The notes: generated by a model not told the origin, from the sequence alone. Shown: positions 36,695 through 47,302, counted from the first letter of the stretch. The stretch: 64,000 nucleotides of DNA from an uncultured bacterium (GCA_963710755.1 CAVQBK010000003.1:512001-576000); one strand, 5' to 3'. Translations and numbers: made by a program.

Positions 36695-38584
36695 ATGAAG
36701 ATGTTTACAGCGCAGCGGAATCTAACAGTGATCATAGGCATTGTCGCAACGGGTTTGTGGCTGGGTTGGGCAGGCGCTCAAGACCTGGCCATTACCGCCC
36801 GAGTGACGCCTCAACAGGGTGTGGTGGGCCAGCAATTGCGACTGGTCGTGCAGATTGAAGGCAAAACCAACGTACGCGGGGAACCTAAGCTGCCCACTTT
36901 ACCGGCATTTCAGGTTTATGGCGGCGGCCGGTCATCCAATTTTTCTTTTATTAATGGTCAAGTCTCCTCGTCTTTATCATTTACTTATATATTGGTCCCG
37001 CAAAAAGCAGGTCAATTTACGCTGGGGCCCATCACCATAGAGCAGGATCATAAAATTTACAGCACCGCGCCCATCACCCTGAGCATTAGTTCCGGGCAAA
37101 CCCAAGCTGCACCGCCGCCAACACTGAACCAGCCCGGTTCGGCGGGAAGACAACAAGGTACGCTGCCGCCAGGTACCACGCACGAATCCAGAACCGAACC
37201 GCTGTTTATCACCACCAGTGTGGATAAAAAAAAGGTTTATGTCAATGAAGCCGTGACTCTGAGTTTTAAATTTTTCCGGCGCGTGCCTATCCTCAGCCAA
37301 CCCCAATACCAACCGCCTGTGACCAACGGATTTTGGTCAGAGGACTTGCCCCCGCAAAAAAATTATGTGGTCAATATCAAAGGCTTCGACTATGAAGTCA
37401 CGGAAATTCAGAGCGCTTTATTCCCTACCACGACCGGCCAGCTGACCATATCACCGGCCACGGTGGTGGCCGCGGTACAAGCCTCCGGACAGCGCAGCGG
37501 CGATCCTTTCGGAGATGAATTTTTTGGCAACTTCTTTAACCGTGCTCAGCAGGTGCAGTTGAAATCCAAACCAATAACAATCACGGTCAAACCTCTGCCC
37601 ACCCAGGCGCGGCCGCGGGATTTTACGGGCACAGTGGGGCAATGGTCCATGTCCGCTAAACTGGATCGCAAGCAGGCCAAAGTAGGCGACGCCGTTACCT
37701 TGGAAGTGCGGATATTCGGCGAAGGTAACATCATGGCTGTCGGAAAACCGCAATTGCCGGAGTTGACGGGATTTAAAACTTACGAGACCGTGTCTTCTTC
37801 GGAAGTGCAAAAACACCAGGGCAAAGTGAAGGGTGTCAAAATATATCGTACCCTGCTTAGACCTCAAGTTACGGGAACCTTGACCATTCCCCAAATATCC
37901 TACAGTTATTTTAATCCCGGCCAGGAAAAATTTGAGCGTATCACCGTGCCGCCCCTTAGCCTGGAGGTTGCGCCGGGAGAACAAAAAACGCTGCTCCCGG
38001 GCACTGCTGCTGCCCTCGGCCGGGGCGAACCCACAGGGCCAGGGGTCAAGGTGATTTCCAAAGACATCCGGTATTTAAAAACCGACTTCAAACTCATAAA
38101 AAGGGATAGGTCACCATGGCTGCTGATATGGATCATGGGCTTCGGAGTACCACCGCTGCTACTGCTGGGATTGTGGGCCTGGCAGGCCCGGCAGGTGCGG
38201 CTGGCCAATGATCCCAGGTATGCGCGCAAGTTAAGCGCTGATAAAAGTGCCCGCAAGGTATTTAAACAAGCCCAACAGGCTTGGCATAAAAAGGATACCA
38301 AAGGATTCTATACCCACTTGGCCGCTGCCCTGACCGGCTATTTGGCAGATCAACTGGGTTATTCCCGCTCCGGTATTACCCAGCGTGAATTGCTGCAACA
38401 ATTGAAAGACCGCCAAGTGGACGCGGATATTAGAGAGCGTCTCACGACTTTGCTGGATGAATGCGATTATGCCCGCTTTGCACCTGGCCAAGGAGATGCC
38501 CGGGAAATGGAAGAACATTTACAACAGGCGCAGCAATTGCTCCGCATATTTATGAAAGCATTAAGCCAGGAGAAAAAGGCATGA
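36695..38584 (+). CDS. batD: BatD family protein
   Basis: SFING, GTVGQW, G.GNI, C-terminal TM and CDYARFAP motif. Confidence 0.9.
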   Translation: MKMFTAQRNLTVIIGIVATGLWLGWAGAQDLAITARVTPQQGVVGQQLRLVVQIEGKTNVRGEPKLPTLPAFQVYGGGRSSNFSFINGQVSSSLSFTYILVPQKAGQFTLGPITIEQDHKIYSTAPITLSISSGQTQAAPPPTLNQPGSAGRQQGTLPPGTTHESRTEPLFITTSVDKKKVYVNEAVTLSFKFFRRVPILSQPQYQPPVTNGFWSEDLPPQKNYVVNIKGFDYEVTEIQSALFPTTTGQLTISPATVVAAVQASGQRSGDPFGDEFFGNFFNRAQQVQLKSKPITITVKPLPTQARPRDFTGTVGQWSMSAKLDRKQAKVGDAVTLEVRIFGEGNIMAVGKPQLPELTGFKTYETVSSSEVQKHQGKVKGVKIYRTLLRPQVTGTLTIPQISYSYFNPGQEKFERITVPPLSLEVAPGEQKTLLPGTAAALGRGEPTGPGVKVISKDIRYLKTDFKLIKRDRSPWLLIWIMGFGVPPLLLLGLWAWQARQVRLANDPRYARKLSADKSARKVFKQAQQAWHKKDTKGFYTHLAAALTGYLADQLGYSRSGITQRELLQQLKDRQVDADIRERLTTLLDECDYARFAPGQGDAREMEEHLQQAQQLLRIFMKALSQEKKA

Positions 38585-39336
38585 AGAAAATTTTTACGGT
38601 CTTGGGATTAGCCTGGGTGCTCTTTTGGCCGATAATAGGAGTGGCCAACGATGACAGCAACTTACTCCGCGCTGCCCGCAGTGCCTATGACAACGGCCAG
38701 TTTGACCAGGCTATTGCTGATTACCAACAGCTTCTGGAAAAGGGCTATGACAATGGCGCGCTCTACTATAATGCCGGCAATGCAGCCCTAAAGGCAGGCC
38801 ATTTGGGGGAAGCCGTGGGATTTTATCGCCGGGCCTCTCAGCGTTTGCCTTGGGATGAGGATGTGGAGCACAATTTGGAATTTGCCCGGAGCCTGGTAAA
38901 ACAACCGCCGGTCAAGTCCGGACCGTTTGACGTTTTAATTAACAAAGTGTTTATTAAATTCCGTCCGGTCCAGCTGATGTTCCTGGCGCTGGCGGTTTAT
39001 ATCCTGCTGCTGCTCAGCCTCGGTTTTTTAATTTTAACCAGGCGGCATCATGCCGCCTGGAGCTGGACAGCCTCAGCCGTGGGTCTGATGTTTGTCGTGC
39101 TGGCCGTTCTGGCCTCCATGCGCATTTTGATCGCCAAGCAGGTCAAATGGGCGGTGGTCATTAGCAGCCAGGCCGAAGCACGCAATGGACCGGCCCAGGA
39201 TTACCAGGTGGGCTTTACCATTCCCGAGGGCAGGGAAGTGCGCGTGCTCGGCCAGGAAGGCGATTGGCGGGCTGTAGGTCTGCCCCAGGAAGGCTACAAG
39301 GGATGGGTGAAAGCCAAAGAACTGTGGGAAGAGTAA
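38581..39336 (+). CDS. batE: BatE-like TPR + SH3 protein
   Basis: LYYNAGNA TPR, two TM, C-terminal SH3b (EG..V...W...GWV); ATGA overlap with batD. Confidence 0.87.
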   Translation: MKKIFTVLGLAWVLFWPIIGVANDDSNLLRAARSAYDNGQFDQAIADYQQLLEKGYDNGALYYNAGNAALKAGHLGEAVGFYRRASQRLPWDEDVEHNLEFARSLVKQPPVKSGPFDVLINKVFIKFRPVQLMFLALAVYILLLLSLGFLILTRRHHAAWSWTASAVGLMFVVLAVLASMRILIAKQVKWAVVISSQAEARNGPAQDYQVGFTIPEGREVRVLGQEGDWRAVGLPQEGYKGWVKAKELWEE

Positions 39337-39400
39337 TCCAAGAAGTCCGGGAAGGGTAAGACAGCCTTGATGATGACCCGGGGAGAGGATTGACAGACTG

Positions 39401-40243
39401 ATGGTTAAATGGATTTCAGTAATGGCGCTTAGCGTGATGATCTTTCCCCTGGCCGTGCAAGCCGACAACTTGATACGGATTAATGAACCCGCGCAGGTGG
39501 TTAAAGGCCAAACTTTTGAAGATGTAGTGGTCATTAACAGCAATGCCGAGGTAAACGGCCGCATCACCGGCAATCTCGTGGTATTGCATGGCAATGCCGA
39601 TTTGGACAACACGGCTTATATTGGCGGGGACGTGATTTGTCTGGCCGGCTTGATCAAAGCACAACCAGGTGCCATGGTGGTCGGCTCTAAAGTTCAGATC
39701 GGCGGGATTATTGGTTGGAATGCCCTGCCTTTTTTTTCCATAGGCAAGTTACTGTTGTTGGGCTTTATGCTGAAATTGGTGACGGCGGTGATTTTGCTGG
39801 GATTAAGCATCTTTATGGTGCTCATGTGGCCTCATCAGATTGCCTATGCCGCAGAGGAAGCTTCCCAGGATTTGGTCAAAGCCAGTCTGGTGGGGGTGCT
39901 GGCTATTTCCATCTTGATACCCCTTAGTGTTGGTTTTGCTATTACCCTCTTTGGGTTGCCCATTTCCCTGGCCATTGCGGTTTTTTTACTGGTAGCCTCC
40001 TGGTTTGGCATTGCCACTATTTCCTACCTGATCGGCACCAAGTTTTCTACCAAATTCTCACCACTTTTGGCCATTATTGTGGGGTTTGTGGTGTTGAAAT
40101 TCATTCATTTTGTGCCTTTTATTGGTTCTGCACTTTATTTTATCGCCATTTTGCCAGGATTGGGAGCGATTCTACTAACCCGTTTTGGTACCAATAAACC
40201 CTGGCTTAGCTCAGGCAGAGCCAAGCTCCCCAAAGCCAAATAA
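39401..40243 (+). CDS. Membrane protein with N-terminal bactofilin-like beta-helix
   Basis: Signal peptide, G-x-V-x-G-D/N-V-V repeats, then several TM helices. Confidence 0.7.
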   Translation: MVKWISVMALSVMIFPLAVQADNLIRINEPAQVVKGQTFEDVVVINSNAEVNGRITGNLVVLHGNADLDNTAYIGGDVICLAGLIKAQPGAMVVGSKVQIGGIIGWNALPFFSIGKLLLLGFMLKLVTAVILLGLSIFMVLMWPHQIAYAAEEASQDLVKASLVGVLAISILIPLSVGFAITLFGLPISLAIAVFLLVASWFGIATISYLIGTKFSTKFSPLLAIIVGFVVLKFIHFVPFIGSALYFIAILPGLGAILLTRFGTNKPWLSSGRAKLPKAK

Positions 40244-40258
40244 GGCCGGCTTGTCCCA

Positions 40259-40804
40259 TTGCTACATTATAATATAGAAACACTTAAAAAATTCCTATCC
40301 TCGGTCCCTGGTTTGCTTCTGACCAGCGGGGCCAGCCTTTTCTTTTTCAGCCTTATGCAAATCAAGCTGCCGGTGACGGTGCTAGAACAGCTCATTCCTT
40401 TACAGCTTAGCTTTAACCCTCAAGCCGGCCAGGCCATTTTGTCGGCCTGGGGGGATTCCAACCGGCAGATCTTGCTTCAGTGGTTCTGGGTTGATTATTG
40501 TTTTCCTGTAAGTTATGGGCTTTTCCTTTTTGGACTTCTAAATCGGTTGTGGCGGGTGTTGGGGGAAAAACGGCCACGCTGGTTCTTGATGCTTTTAAGC
40601 CTGCCCTTGGCGGCCGCAGCTTGTGATTTTATCGAAAACAGCTTGCACATTGTGGCGCTTTTAAGTTACCCTAAGATGCTGCCAGCAGCCCTCTGGGGGG
40701 CTTCCCTGGCCGCAGCTGTCAAATGGGGCACTCTGAGCTTGGTGATCATGATGCTGCTCATGGGTCTCATCAATTCTTGGATGGGGGTAAAAGATCATGA
40801 ATAA
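40259..40804 (+). CDS. Hypothetical integral membrane protein
   Basis: Four hydrophobic segments; DY.FP..YG and DFIEN motifs; start uncertain. Confidence 0.65.
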   Translation: MLHYNIETLKKFLSSVPGLLLTSGASLFFFSLMQIKLPVTVLEQLIPLQLSFNPQAGQAILSAWGDSNRQILLQWFWVDYCFPVSYGLFLFGLLNRLWRVLGEKRPRWFLMLLSLPLAAAACDFIENSLHIVALLSYPKMLPAALWGASLAAAVKWGTLSLVIMMLLMGLINSWMGVKDHE

Positions 40805-40964
40805 CAATACGGCATCAGGAACGTTTTATTTCATGGGCTTTATTGGGGCTGCCATCTATTTCGTCCAACATGCCGCCAACTTTTGGCAGGGTGTATTAGG
40901 TATTTTTCAGGCTTTGTTCTGGCCGGCTGTTATCATTTACCGTATTTTTCAATTTTTAGGTTAA
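40797..40964 (+). CDS. Small 55-aa two-TM protein (not in ORF track)
   Basis: MNNNTASGTFYFMGFIGAAIYFVQHAANFWQGVLGIFQALFWPAVIIYRIFQFLG; overlaps the upstream stop. Confidence 0.75.
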   Translation: MNNNTASGTFYFMGFIGAAIYFVQHAANFWQGVLGIFQALFWPAVIIYRIFQFLG

Positions 40965-41120
40965 AAACCGCCACCTAGACGAACCATCTGCTGCAATATT
41001 GAACGACCCGAAAAAAATCTGTCCAACAAGCTTCTTTTATCATTTTCCAATGCTCAATCCATGCTTCATCCGGGCTTTATCACCTCTGGGCAGGCAGCAA
41101 TTAGCCGTGGGCATTAGCAG

Positions 41121-41149
41121 TTGACAAGCCAACCTTGCTCTCGTATAGT
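41121..41149 (+). promoter_or_regulatory. Sigma70 promoter of the citrate synthase-icd unit
   Basis: TTGACA-N17-TATAGT. Confidence 0.75.
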
Positions 41150-41197
41150 AAAACACTTTTAAATGCTGTGTCCATTGAAACGGCCAGGAGGTATGAA

Positions 41198-42589
41198 ATG
41201 ATAAAATTTGACCAAGACCGCAGAACATTAATGCGGGAAGAGTATGAGTTTAAGCTCCGGGATGTGGATCAGCCCAATTTATACCGGGATATCTATACTT
41301 ATGAAAAACCGCCACTCATGTGCTTTAACCACCGCCATTCACCCATGAATCCACCGGAGGATATTTGGATAACAGACACCACCTTTCGAGATGGCCAGCA
41401 ATCCTTGCCCCCCTTCACGGTGGAACAAACCGTTCGCATTTATGATTTGTTGCATCGGCTTTCAGGACCCAAAGGCATTATTCGGCAAAGCGAATTTTTC
41501 CTATATACCGACAAAGACAAGCAAGCCGTGGAAAAATGCCGGGAACGGGGCTATGAATTTCCTGAAATTACTGGCTGGATAAGGGCCAAGAAGGAAGATT
41601 TGCAACTGGTCAAAGACATGGGACTTCGCGAAACCGGGATCTTGACCTCGGCTTCTGACTATCACATTTACAACAAATTAAAGATGACCAGAAGACAGGC
41701 TCTGGACAGTTATCTGGGTATTGTCAAGGCGGCCCTGGAATTGGGCATTGAACCGCGCTGTCACTTTGAAGATATTACCCGTGCTGATTTTTACGGGTTC
41801 GTGGTGCCTTTTGCCCAGGAATTGATGAAACTATCCAAAGAATCGGGCATTCCCATCAAAATCAGGGCTTGTGATACCTTGGGCTATGGTGTTACCCATG
41901 TGGGTGTGATGCTCCCGCGCAATGTCAACGGCATTGTGGCTGGTCTACGGCAATACGCCGGCGTGCCCCCGGAATTAATGGAATGGCACGGGCATAATGA
42001 TTTTTATCGGGCTCTGAGCAACTCTGTTTCCGCCTGGTTGTACGGCTGCAGCGCTATTAATGGTACGGTCTTGGGCATTGGTGAACGCACGGGCAATACG
42101 GCCATCGAAGCTCTGATTATTGAATACGTCGGTCTGCGCGGCACCTATGACGGCATGGACACTTCGGTTATCACCGAAATCGCTGATTATTTTCAAAAAG
42201 AAATGAACTTTAAAATTCCTTCCAACCAACCATTGGTAGGCTCCAATTTTAATGTGACCAAAGCCGGCATTCATGCTGATGGGCTCATGAAAGATCAGGA
42301 AATTTACAACATTTTTGATACGGAAAAAATATTGAATCGTCCGGTGGATATTGGTATTACCGACAAGTCCGGCGTGGCGGGTATTGCCTATTGGATCAAT
42401 GCCCGTTTGAAAATTCCGGAAAAGTTCAATGTAACTAAAACCCACCCCGGGGTTATAGCCATCAAGGAGTGGGTGGACAAGCAATACCAGGAAGGCCGGA
42501 TTACGGGCATCTCCGATGAAGAAATGTGGCTGCAGGCCAGGATTCATTTTTCCGAATGGGTTGGACAAATGCATCACGACCCACGCTAG
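41198..42589 (+). CDS. Re-citrate synthase (DRE-TIM/LeuA superfamily)
   Basis: IWITDTTFRDGQQ, CDTLG, WHGHNDF, GIGERTGN, AGIHADG; no LeuA regulatory domain; adjacent to icd, near aconitase. Confidence 0.85.
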   Translation: MIKFDQDRRTLMREEYEFKLRDVDQPNLYRDIYTYEKPPLMCFNHRHSPMNPPEDIWITDTTFRDGQQSLPPFTVEQTVRIYDLLHRLSGPKGIIRQSEFFLYTDKDKQAVEKCRERGYEFPEITGWIRAKKEDLQLVKDMGLRETGILTSASDYHIYNKLKMTRRQALDSYLGIVKAALELGIEPRCHFEDITRADFYGFVVPFAQELMKLSKESGIPIKIRACDTLGYGVTHVGVMLPRNVNGIVAGLRQYAGVPPELMEWHGHNDFYRALSNSVSAWLYGCSAINGTVLGIGERTGNTAIEALIIEYVGLRGTYDGMDTSVITEIADYFQKEMNFKIPSNQPLVGSNFNVTKAGIHADGLMKDQEIYNIFDTEKILNRPVDIGITDKSGVAGIAYWINARLKIPEKFNVTKTHPGVIAIKEWVDKQYQEGRITGISDEEMWLQARIHFSEWVGQMHHDPR

Positions 42590-42680
42590 TCTTCTCAAGA
42601 GGCGGCGATTTTGGTCCGGCTGGACCGAGGCTTTACTTCAATGATTACAATCAATGCATACCTATGAGTGAGGAAACAAC

Positions 42681-43922
42681 GTGACCTTAAGTTATCAAAC
42701 ACCGCAAGGCGGGCAGAGCATTACCATTAAAGACCGGAAACTGCAAGTTCCTGATCATCCCATTATTCCCTATATAGAAGGCGATGGCATTGGCCCTGAT
42801 ATCTGGGCTGCAGCCAGTAAGGTTCTAGATGCGGCGGTGGCTAAAAGCTACAGCAGCAAACGCAGTCTTAAATGGATGGAGATCTTCTGCGGGGAAAAAG
42901 CCATGCAGGCCGGCGCTTCCGCATTGCCTCAAGAAACGTTGGAGGCCATTAAAACCTACCGGGTGGCCATAAAAGGTCCTTTGACCACCCCCGTGGGCGG
43001 CGGGTTTCGATCTTTGAATGTCAGTCTCCGTCAAAAATTGGACCTGTACGCCTGCGTCCGGCCGGTACGCTATTATCAGGGCACGCCGGCACCGGTCAAA
43101 GCCCCGGAAAAGTTAAACGTGGTTATCTTTCGCGAGAATACGGAGGACGTTTATGCAGGTATTGAATGGCCGTCGGGCAGTGAACAAGCGGTTAAACTGG
43201 CCAACTTCGTAACCCATGAACTCAAAACAGCGGTGAACCCGGATGCCGGCATCGGCATCAAGCCCATCACCAAAGCCAACACCGCCCGGATTGTGCGGGC
43301 GGCAATTCATCATGCCCTTAACCATCATCTGCCGTCGGTGACCTTGGTGCATAAAGGCAATATTATGAAATATACGGAAGGCGCTTTTCGCGACTGGGGC
43401 TACGAACTTGCAGCTCAGGAATTTGGCGACCGGACGGTAACGGAAAAAGAATTGTGGGAAAACTATAACGGCACAATGCCGGCAGGTAAAGTGCTCATCA
43501 AGGACCGCATTGCAGATGCCATGTTTCAACAAGTGTTATTGCGACCCGATGAATATTCGGTGATTGCTACCATGAATTTAAACGGTGATTATCTTTCTGA
43601 TGCCTGCGCCGCCCAAGTAGGCGGTCTGGGGATGGCCCCGGGTGCTAATCTGAGTGATGAGCTGGCTCTCTTTGAAGCCACCCATGGCACGGCACCGAAA
43701 TACGCCGGCCAGGATAAAGTCAATCCCGGTTCCTTAATTTTGTCAGGGGTGATGATGCTGGAACATCTGGGCTGGCAAGAGGCTGCCGCAGCGGTGAAGG
43801 CGGCCGTGGAAAAGACCATAATGAATAAAACCGTGACCTATGATTTGGCCAGACAAATGGAAGGTGCCAAGGAGATGAAATGCAGTGCCTTTGCGGAGGC
43901 CATTATTGAGAATTTGGCCTAA
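42681..43922 (+). CDS. icd: Isocitrate dehydrogenase (E. coli-type, likely NADP)
   Basis: [46 protein letters not shown] motifs. Confidence 0.96.
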   Translation: MTLSYQTPQGGQSITIKDRKLQVPDHPIIPYIEGDGIGPDIWAAASKVLDAAVAKSYSSKRSLKWMEIFCGEKAMQAGASALPQETLEAIKTYRVAIKGPLTTPVGGGFRSLNVSLRQKLDLYACVRPVRYYQGTPAPVKAPEKLNVVIFRENTEDVYAGIEWPSGSEQAVKLANFVTHELKTAVNPDAGIGIKPITKANTARIVRAAIHHALNHHLPSVTLVHKGNIMKYTEGAFRDWGYELAAQEFGDRTVTEKELWENYNGTMPAGKVLIKDRIADAMFQQVLLRPDEYSVIATMNLNGDYLSDACAAQVGGLGMAPGANLSDELALFEATHGTAPKYAGQDKVNPGSLILSGVMMLEHLGWQEAAAAVKAAVEKTIMNKTVTYDLARQMEGAKEMKCSAFAEAIIENLA

Positions 43923-43954
43923 GCCGAAGCGGCTGGGCGGAAAAGAGCAGTCAC

Positions 43955-44212
43955 ATGAGCCAACAAACCTTGATCAAAGAAAAAGAAAAAAAAGAAAGAC
44001 TTCATAGCGACGAAGCCAAGATCATCATGAAAGAAGTGGAACGGCGTTTTTCAATGTTGGAAGAGAGCCTGGACGGGTTTAAAAAAGAGATCCGCGACAC
44101 TTTTTTAGCCATGGAACATACCCTGGAGACCTTGAGCTTGAAAATGGTGGAATTGCAGTCGGAATTGCTTGACTGGGAAGATCTTCCTCCTGGCAGTGTT
44201 TCCAAACACTGA
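43955..44212 (+). CDS. Hypothetical coiled-coil protein
   Basis: 85-aa ORF with heptad pattern between icd and the terminator. Confidence 0.6.
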   Translation: MSQQTLIKEKEKKERLHSDEAKIIMKEVERRFSMLEESLDGFKKEIRDTFLAMEHTLETLSLKMVELQSELLDWEDLPPGSVSKH

Positions 44213-44237
44213 CCAGGCACCACCTGCATAAATAATG

Positions 44238-44268
44238 AAAGGCGGTTCTCAGGAACCGCCTTTTTTTT
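44238..44268 (+). terminator. Rho-independent terminator
   Basis: AAAGGCGGTTC-tcag-GAACCGCC hairpin followed by T8. Confidence 0.9.
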
Positions 44269-44375
44269 AAAAAAGAGCCTGCTGATCTTTTGTTGGCCTA
44301 GGGCTTATCGGCATGATAACATGTAAGGTACCCTTAAGGGAAAAGGAATATGATCAAAGGAGTGACACTAGACCA

Positions 44376-46157
44376 ATGCAGTGCACTAAGCGGGGAAACA
44401 AAGCTTGTCTTGTGGCCGCCGGGCTATTGGCGCTGGGTGTCTTACTGAACCCCGGTCCAGGTCTGGCCTTTTTTACCAATCAGTCGGCAGAAGTGGTGAT
44501 CGGGCAGCAGGACATGACCAGCCATGGCGTTAACCAGGGAGGCACCCCCACGGCCAAAACGCTGGCTTCTCCTTACTCGGTTTTCACTCTAGGCACCAAA
44601 GTTTTTATTGCCGATACGGCTAATAACCGGGTCCTGATTTATAATCAGATTCCCACCAATAACAATGTCCCGGCTAATGTGGTAATTGGTCAGCCGGATA
44701 TGTCATCAAAAAACCCCAATCAGGGGGGCACCCCTACGGCACAGACGCTTAATCAGCCTGCGTCCGTTTTCACGGACGGCACTAAGTTATTCATCGCCGA
44801 TAAAAATAACCACCGCGTGCTGATTTATAATTCCATTCCCAGCGCCAATAATGCGTCTGCGGATTTGGAAGTGGGGCAACCGAGCATGAACACCGGTAAT
44901 ATCAATTATGGCGGCCTAAGTGCCAGCAGCCTCTACGCCCCCCAATCGGTTTATTATAACGGCACCAAATTATTTATTGCCGACACGGCGAACAACCGGG
45001 TACTCATTTTTAATGTCCTGCCTGCAGTCAACCATGCTGCGGCCAATGTGATCATTGGACAATATTATCCCACTTATAATACGGTTAACTATGGCGGGCT
45101 TTCTGGTAAAAGCTTGTATACGCCCACAGCGGTTACCGGCGATGGCACGCATCTGTTCATCGCTGACAGCAACAATAACCGGGTGCTGATTTTCAATTCC
45201 ATTCCCACGGTGGACTGGACTGCCGCCGATTTTGTGGTAGGCCAAACAAGCATGACGGCCAATGCGGCCAACCAGGGCTACAGCAACCCTACGGCTCGGA
45301 CGCTTTATAGCCCGGTGGGTCTTTACGCCAATGCGACTAAGCTTTTTGTTGTGGATTACTATAATAGCCGGGCGCTTATCTATAACAGTATTCCTGCTGC
45401 TAATAATGCCGCTGCTGATATGGTGTTGGGCCAGCCGAATATGACCTCGCGCCTGGCCAACCAGGGGGCGGCGGCCGAAGCCTATACCCTTAATCTTCCC
45501 TATTCAATCATCTTAAGCAGCAATAAGTTGCTGGTGGCGGACACCAGCAATAATCGCGGCTTGGTATACTTGGATATTACGCCAACCTTTACCGCATCAC
45601 CCACGCCCACCAAAACCGGGACTCCCACCTTCACGCCCACACCCAGCATTAGCGCTACCTATACGCCTACATTCACGTTTACACCCACGGCTACCGGTAC
45701 ACCTACCAAGACCGCCTCCCCTACGCCTTCGCCCACCTATACAGCCAGCCCCACCTTCACGGCTTCACCCACAGCCACCCCCACGCCCACCATCACCTCC
45801 ACGTCTACCGTGACCTTTACGCGTACGCTTACGGTGAGTGCCACGGTTACCCTGACGATTACGCCCTATCAAGTGGACCAAAACACAGTATTAACCTATC
45901 CCTCGCCAGCTACGGGAAATCAAGTATGGTTTTATTATCAAATTCAAGGGCCTGCGCAAGTGCGTATTCGGATTTTCAACATCGTCGGTGAACAGGGCCC
46001 CACTTTGCACAACAGCCATGGCGCCGGCAGGTTTGGCCGCACCATGTGGGATACCAGCCAAGTAGCCTCGGGCATTTACCTTTACAAAATAATCATCGAC
46101 GATCAAAGCGGCCACCGCGAAATAGGTCCTAAAAAAATCGTGATTGTTAAGAAATAA
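44376..46157 (+). CDS. Secreted NHL-repeat beta-propeller protein with Thr/Pro linker and T9SS-type-A/FlgD-Ig-like C-terminal domain
   Basis: Signal peptide; six repeats V.IGQ..M...N.G...A.TL..P...ADT.NNRVLI; (TP)n tract; YPSPA...IFNIVGE...WD...ASGIYLY...KKIVIVK. Confidence 0.85.
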   Translation: MQCTKRGNKACLVAAGLLALGVLLNPGPGLAFFTNQSAEVVIGQQDMTSHGVNQGGTPTAKTLASPYSVFTLGTKVFIADTANNRVLIYNQIPTNNNVPANVVIGQPDMSSKNPNQGGTPTAQTLNQPASVFTDGTKLFIADKNNHRVLIYNSIPSANNASADLEVGQPSMNTGNINYGGLSASSLYAPQSVYYNGTKLFIADTANNRVLIFNVLPAVNHAAANVIIGQYYPTYNTVNYGGLSGKSLYTPTAVTGDGTHLFIADSNNNRVLIFNSIPTVDWTAADFVVGQTSMTANAANQGYSNPTARTLYSPVGLYANATKLFVVDYYNSRALIYNSIPAANNAAADMVLGQPNMTSRLANQGAAAEAYTLNLPYSIILSSNKLLVADTSNNRGLVYLDITPTFTASPTPTKTGTPTFTPTPSISATYTPTFTFTPTATGTPTKTASPTPSPTYTASPTFTASPTATPTPTITSTSTVTFTRTLTVSATVTLTITPYQVDQNTVLTYPSPATGNQVWFYYQIQGPAQVRIRIFNIVGEQGPTLHNSHGAGRFGRTMWDTSQVASGIYLYKIIIDDQSGHREIGPKKIVIVKK

Positions 46158-46272
46158 TTTCCAGCCCAGGCGTTTACCCCTGAGGAACGGGGGTTTCCTT
46201 GTGTCTGGGAATATTGATCCTATTATTGAACCAGTGCCGGTTGTGGCTGGCTCCAATCCAAAGGAGGAATAA

Positions 46273-47211
46273 ATGGCAAGAGCAAAGATAACGGTCATTG
46301 GGGCCGGTAATGTGGGCGCGTCCGTGGCGCAGCAGATTTTAGAACAACGATTAGGTGATGTGGTCATGGTGGATATTGCCGAGGGGTTAGCCCAAGGCAA
46401 AGCCCTCGATCTCAATCAGGCAGGCACGGTCCTGGGTTATACCGGCCAGGCGACCGGCACGGCTAATTATCATCTCACGGCCGGCTCCGAGGTGATCGTG
46501 ATTACCTCCGGTGCGGCCCGCAAGCCCGGCATGAGCCGCGATGACTTGCTCAAAATCAATTTTGACATTGTAAAAAGCGTGAGCCAGCAAGCCCTGGCCC
46601 ATTCCCCTCAAGCCATAGTGATCGTGGTCACCAACCCGCTTGATGCCATGGCCTATACAGCTTTTAAAACGTGTGGCTTGGATCCCAAACGCATTGTGGG
46701 CATGGCCGGTATTTTGGATTCAGCCCGTTACCGCTGGTTTTTATCACAAGCCATGTCGGTATCGTCGCAAGTAGTGGCGGCCACGGTACTTGGTGGCCAC
46801 GGCGATGACATGGTGCCCTGTGTGCCCATGACGCGGGTGGCCGGCGCGGCGGTGACAGAGCTGTTGCCTAAAGAGCCCTTGGAAGCTATAATTAACCGCA
46901 CTCGCAACGGTGGCGGGGAGATGGTCAAACTCCTGCAAAGCGGCAGTGCTTATTATGCTCCGGCCGCGGCCACGGTCAGGATGGTGGCCTCCATCTTGAG
47001 AGATGAACGGGCCTTGTTACCCTGCGCAGCTTATTTGCAGGGGGCCTATGGCTTTAAGGATATATTCCTCGGCGTACCGGTGGTGTTAGGGCGTGAGGGT
47101 ATCGAACAGGTGGTGGAGATCGCCTTGAACCCGGAGGATCAGAAAGCTTTGGCCCAGAGTGCGGCTTCTGTAGAAGGTCTGTGCCGCCAAATCGATCAAT
47201 GGTTAAATTAA
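46273..47211 (+). CDS. mdh: Malate dehydrogenase (LDH-like type)
   Basis: GAGNVG, RKPGMSRDDL, LDSARY, GGHGDDMVP motifs. Confidence 0.95.
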   Translation: MARAKITVIGAGNVGASVAQQILEQRLGDVVMVDIAEGLAQGKALDLNQAGTVLGYTGQATGTANYHLTAGSEVIVITSGAARKPGMSRDDLLKINFDIVKSVSQQALAHSPQAIVIVVTNPLDAMAYTAFKTCGLDPKRIVGMAGILDSARYRWFLSQAMSVSSQVVAATVLGGHGDDMVPCVPMTRVAGAAVTELLPKEPLEAIINRTRNGGGEMVKLLQSGSAYYAPAAATVRMVASILRDERALLPCAAYLQGAYGFKDIFLGVPVVLGREGIEQVVEIALNPEDQKALAQSAASVEGLCRQIDQWLN

Positions 47212-47302
47212 AATAGGTTTAAAAAAGACGCCGGCTGAATTTGGATACACAACCAATTTTAAAGGATCTGCCCAATCTTAGGCTGGGCCAGGGAGGAAAA
47301 GT

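Noticed and set aside
41198-42589. Annotation as 2-isopropylmalate synthase (leuA)
   Set aside because: No C-terminal regulatory domain, no leu genes nearby, and the TCA context favours Re-citrate synthase
45575-45870. Repetitive acNccN tract suggesting a tandem repeat or array
   Set aside because: In-frame Thr/Pro linker coding sequence; no repeat-spacer structure, and no CRISPR array seen in the window
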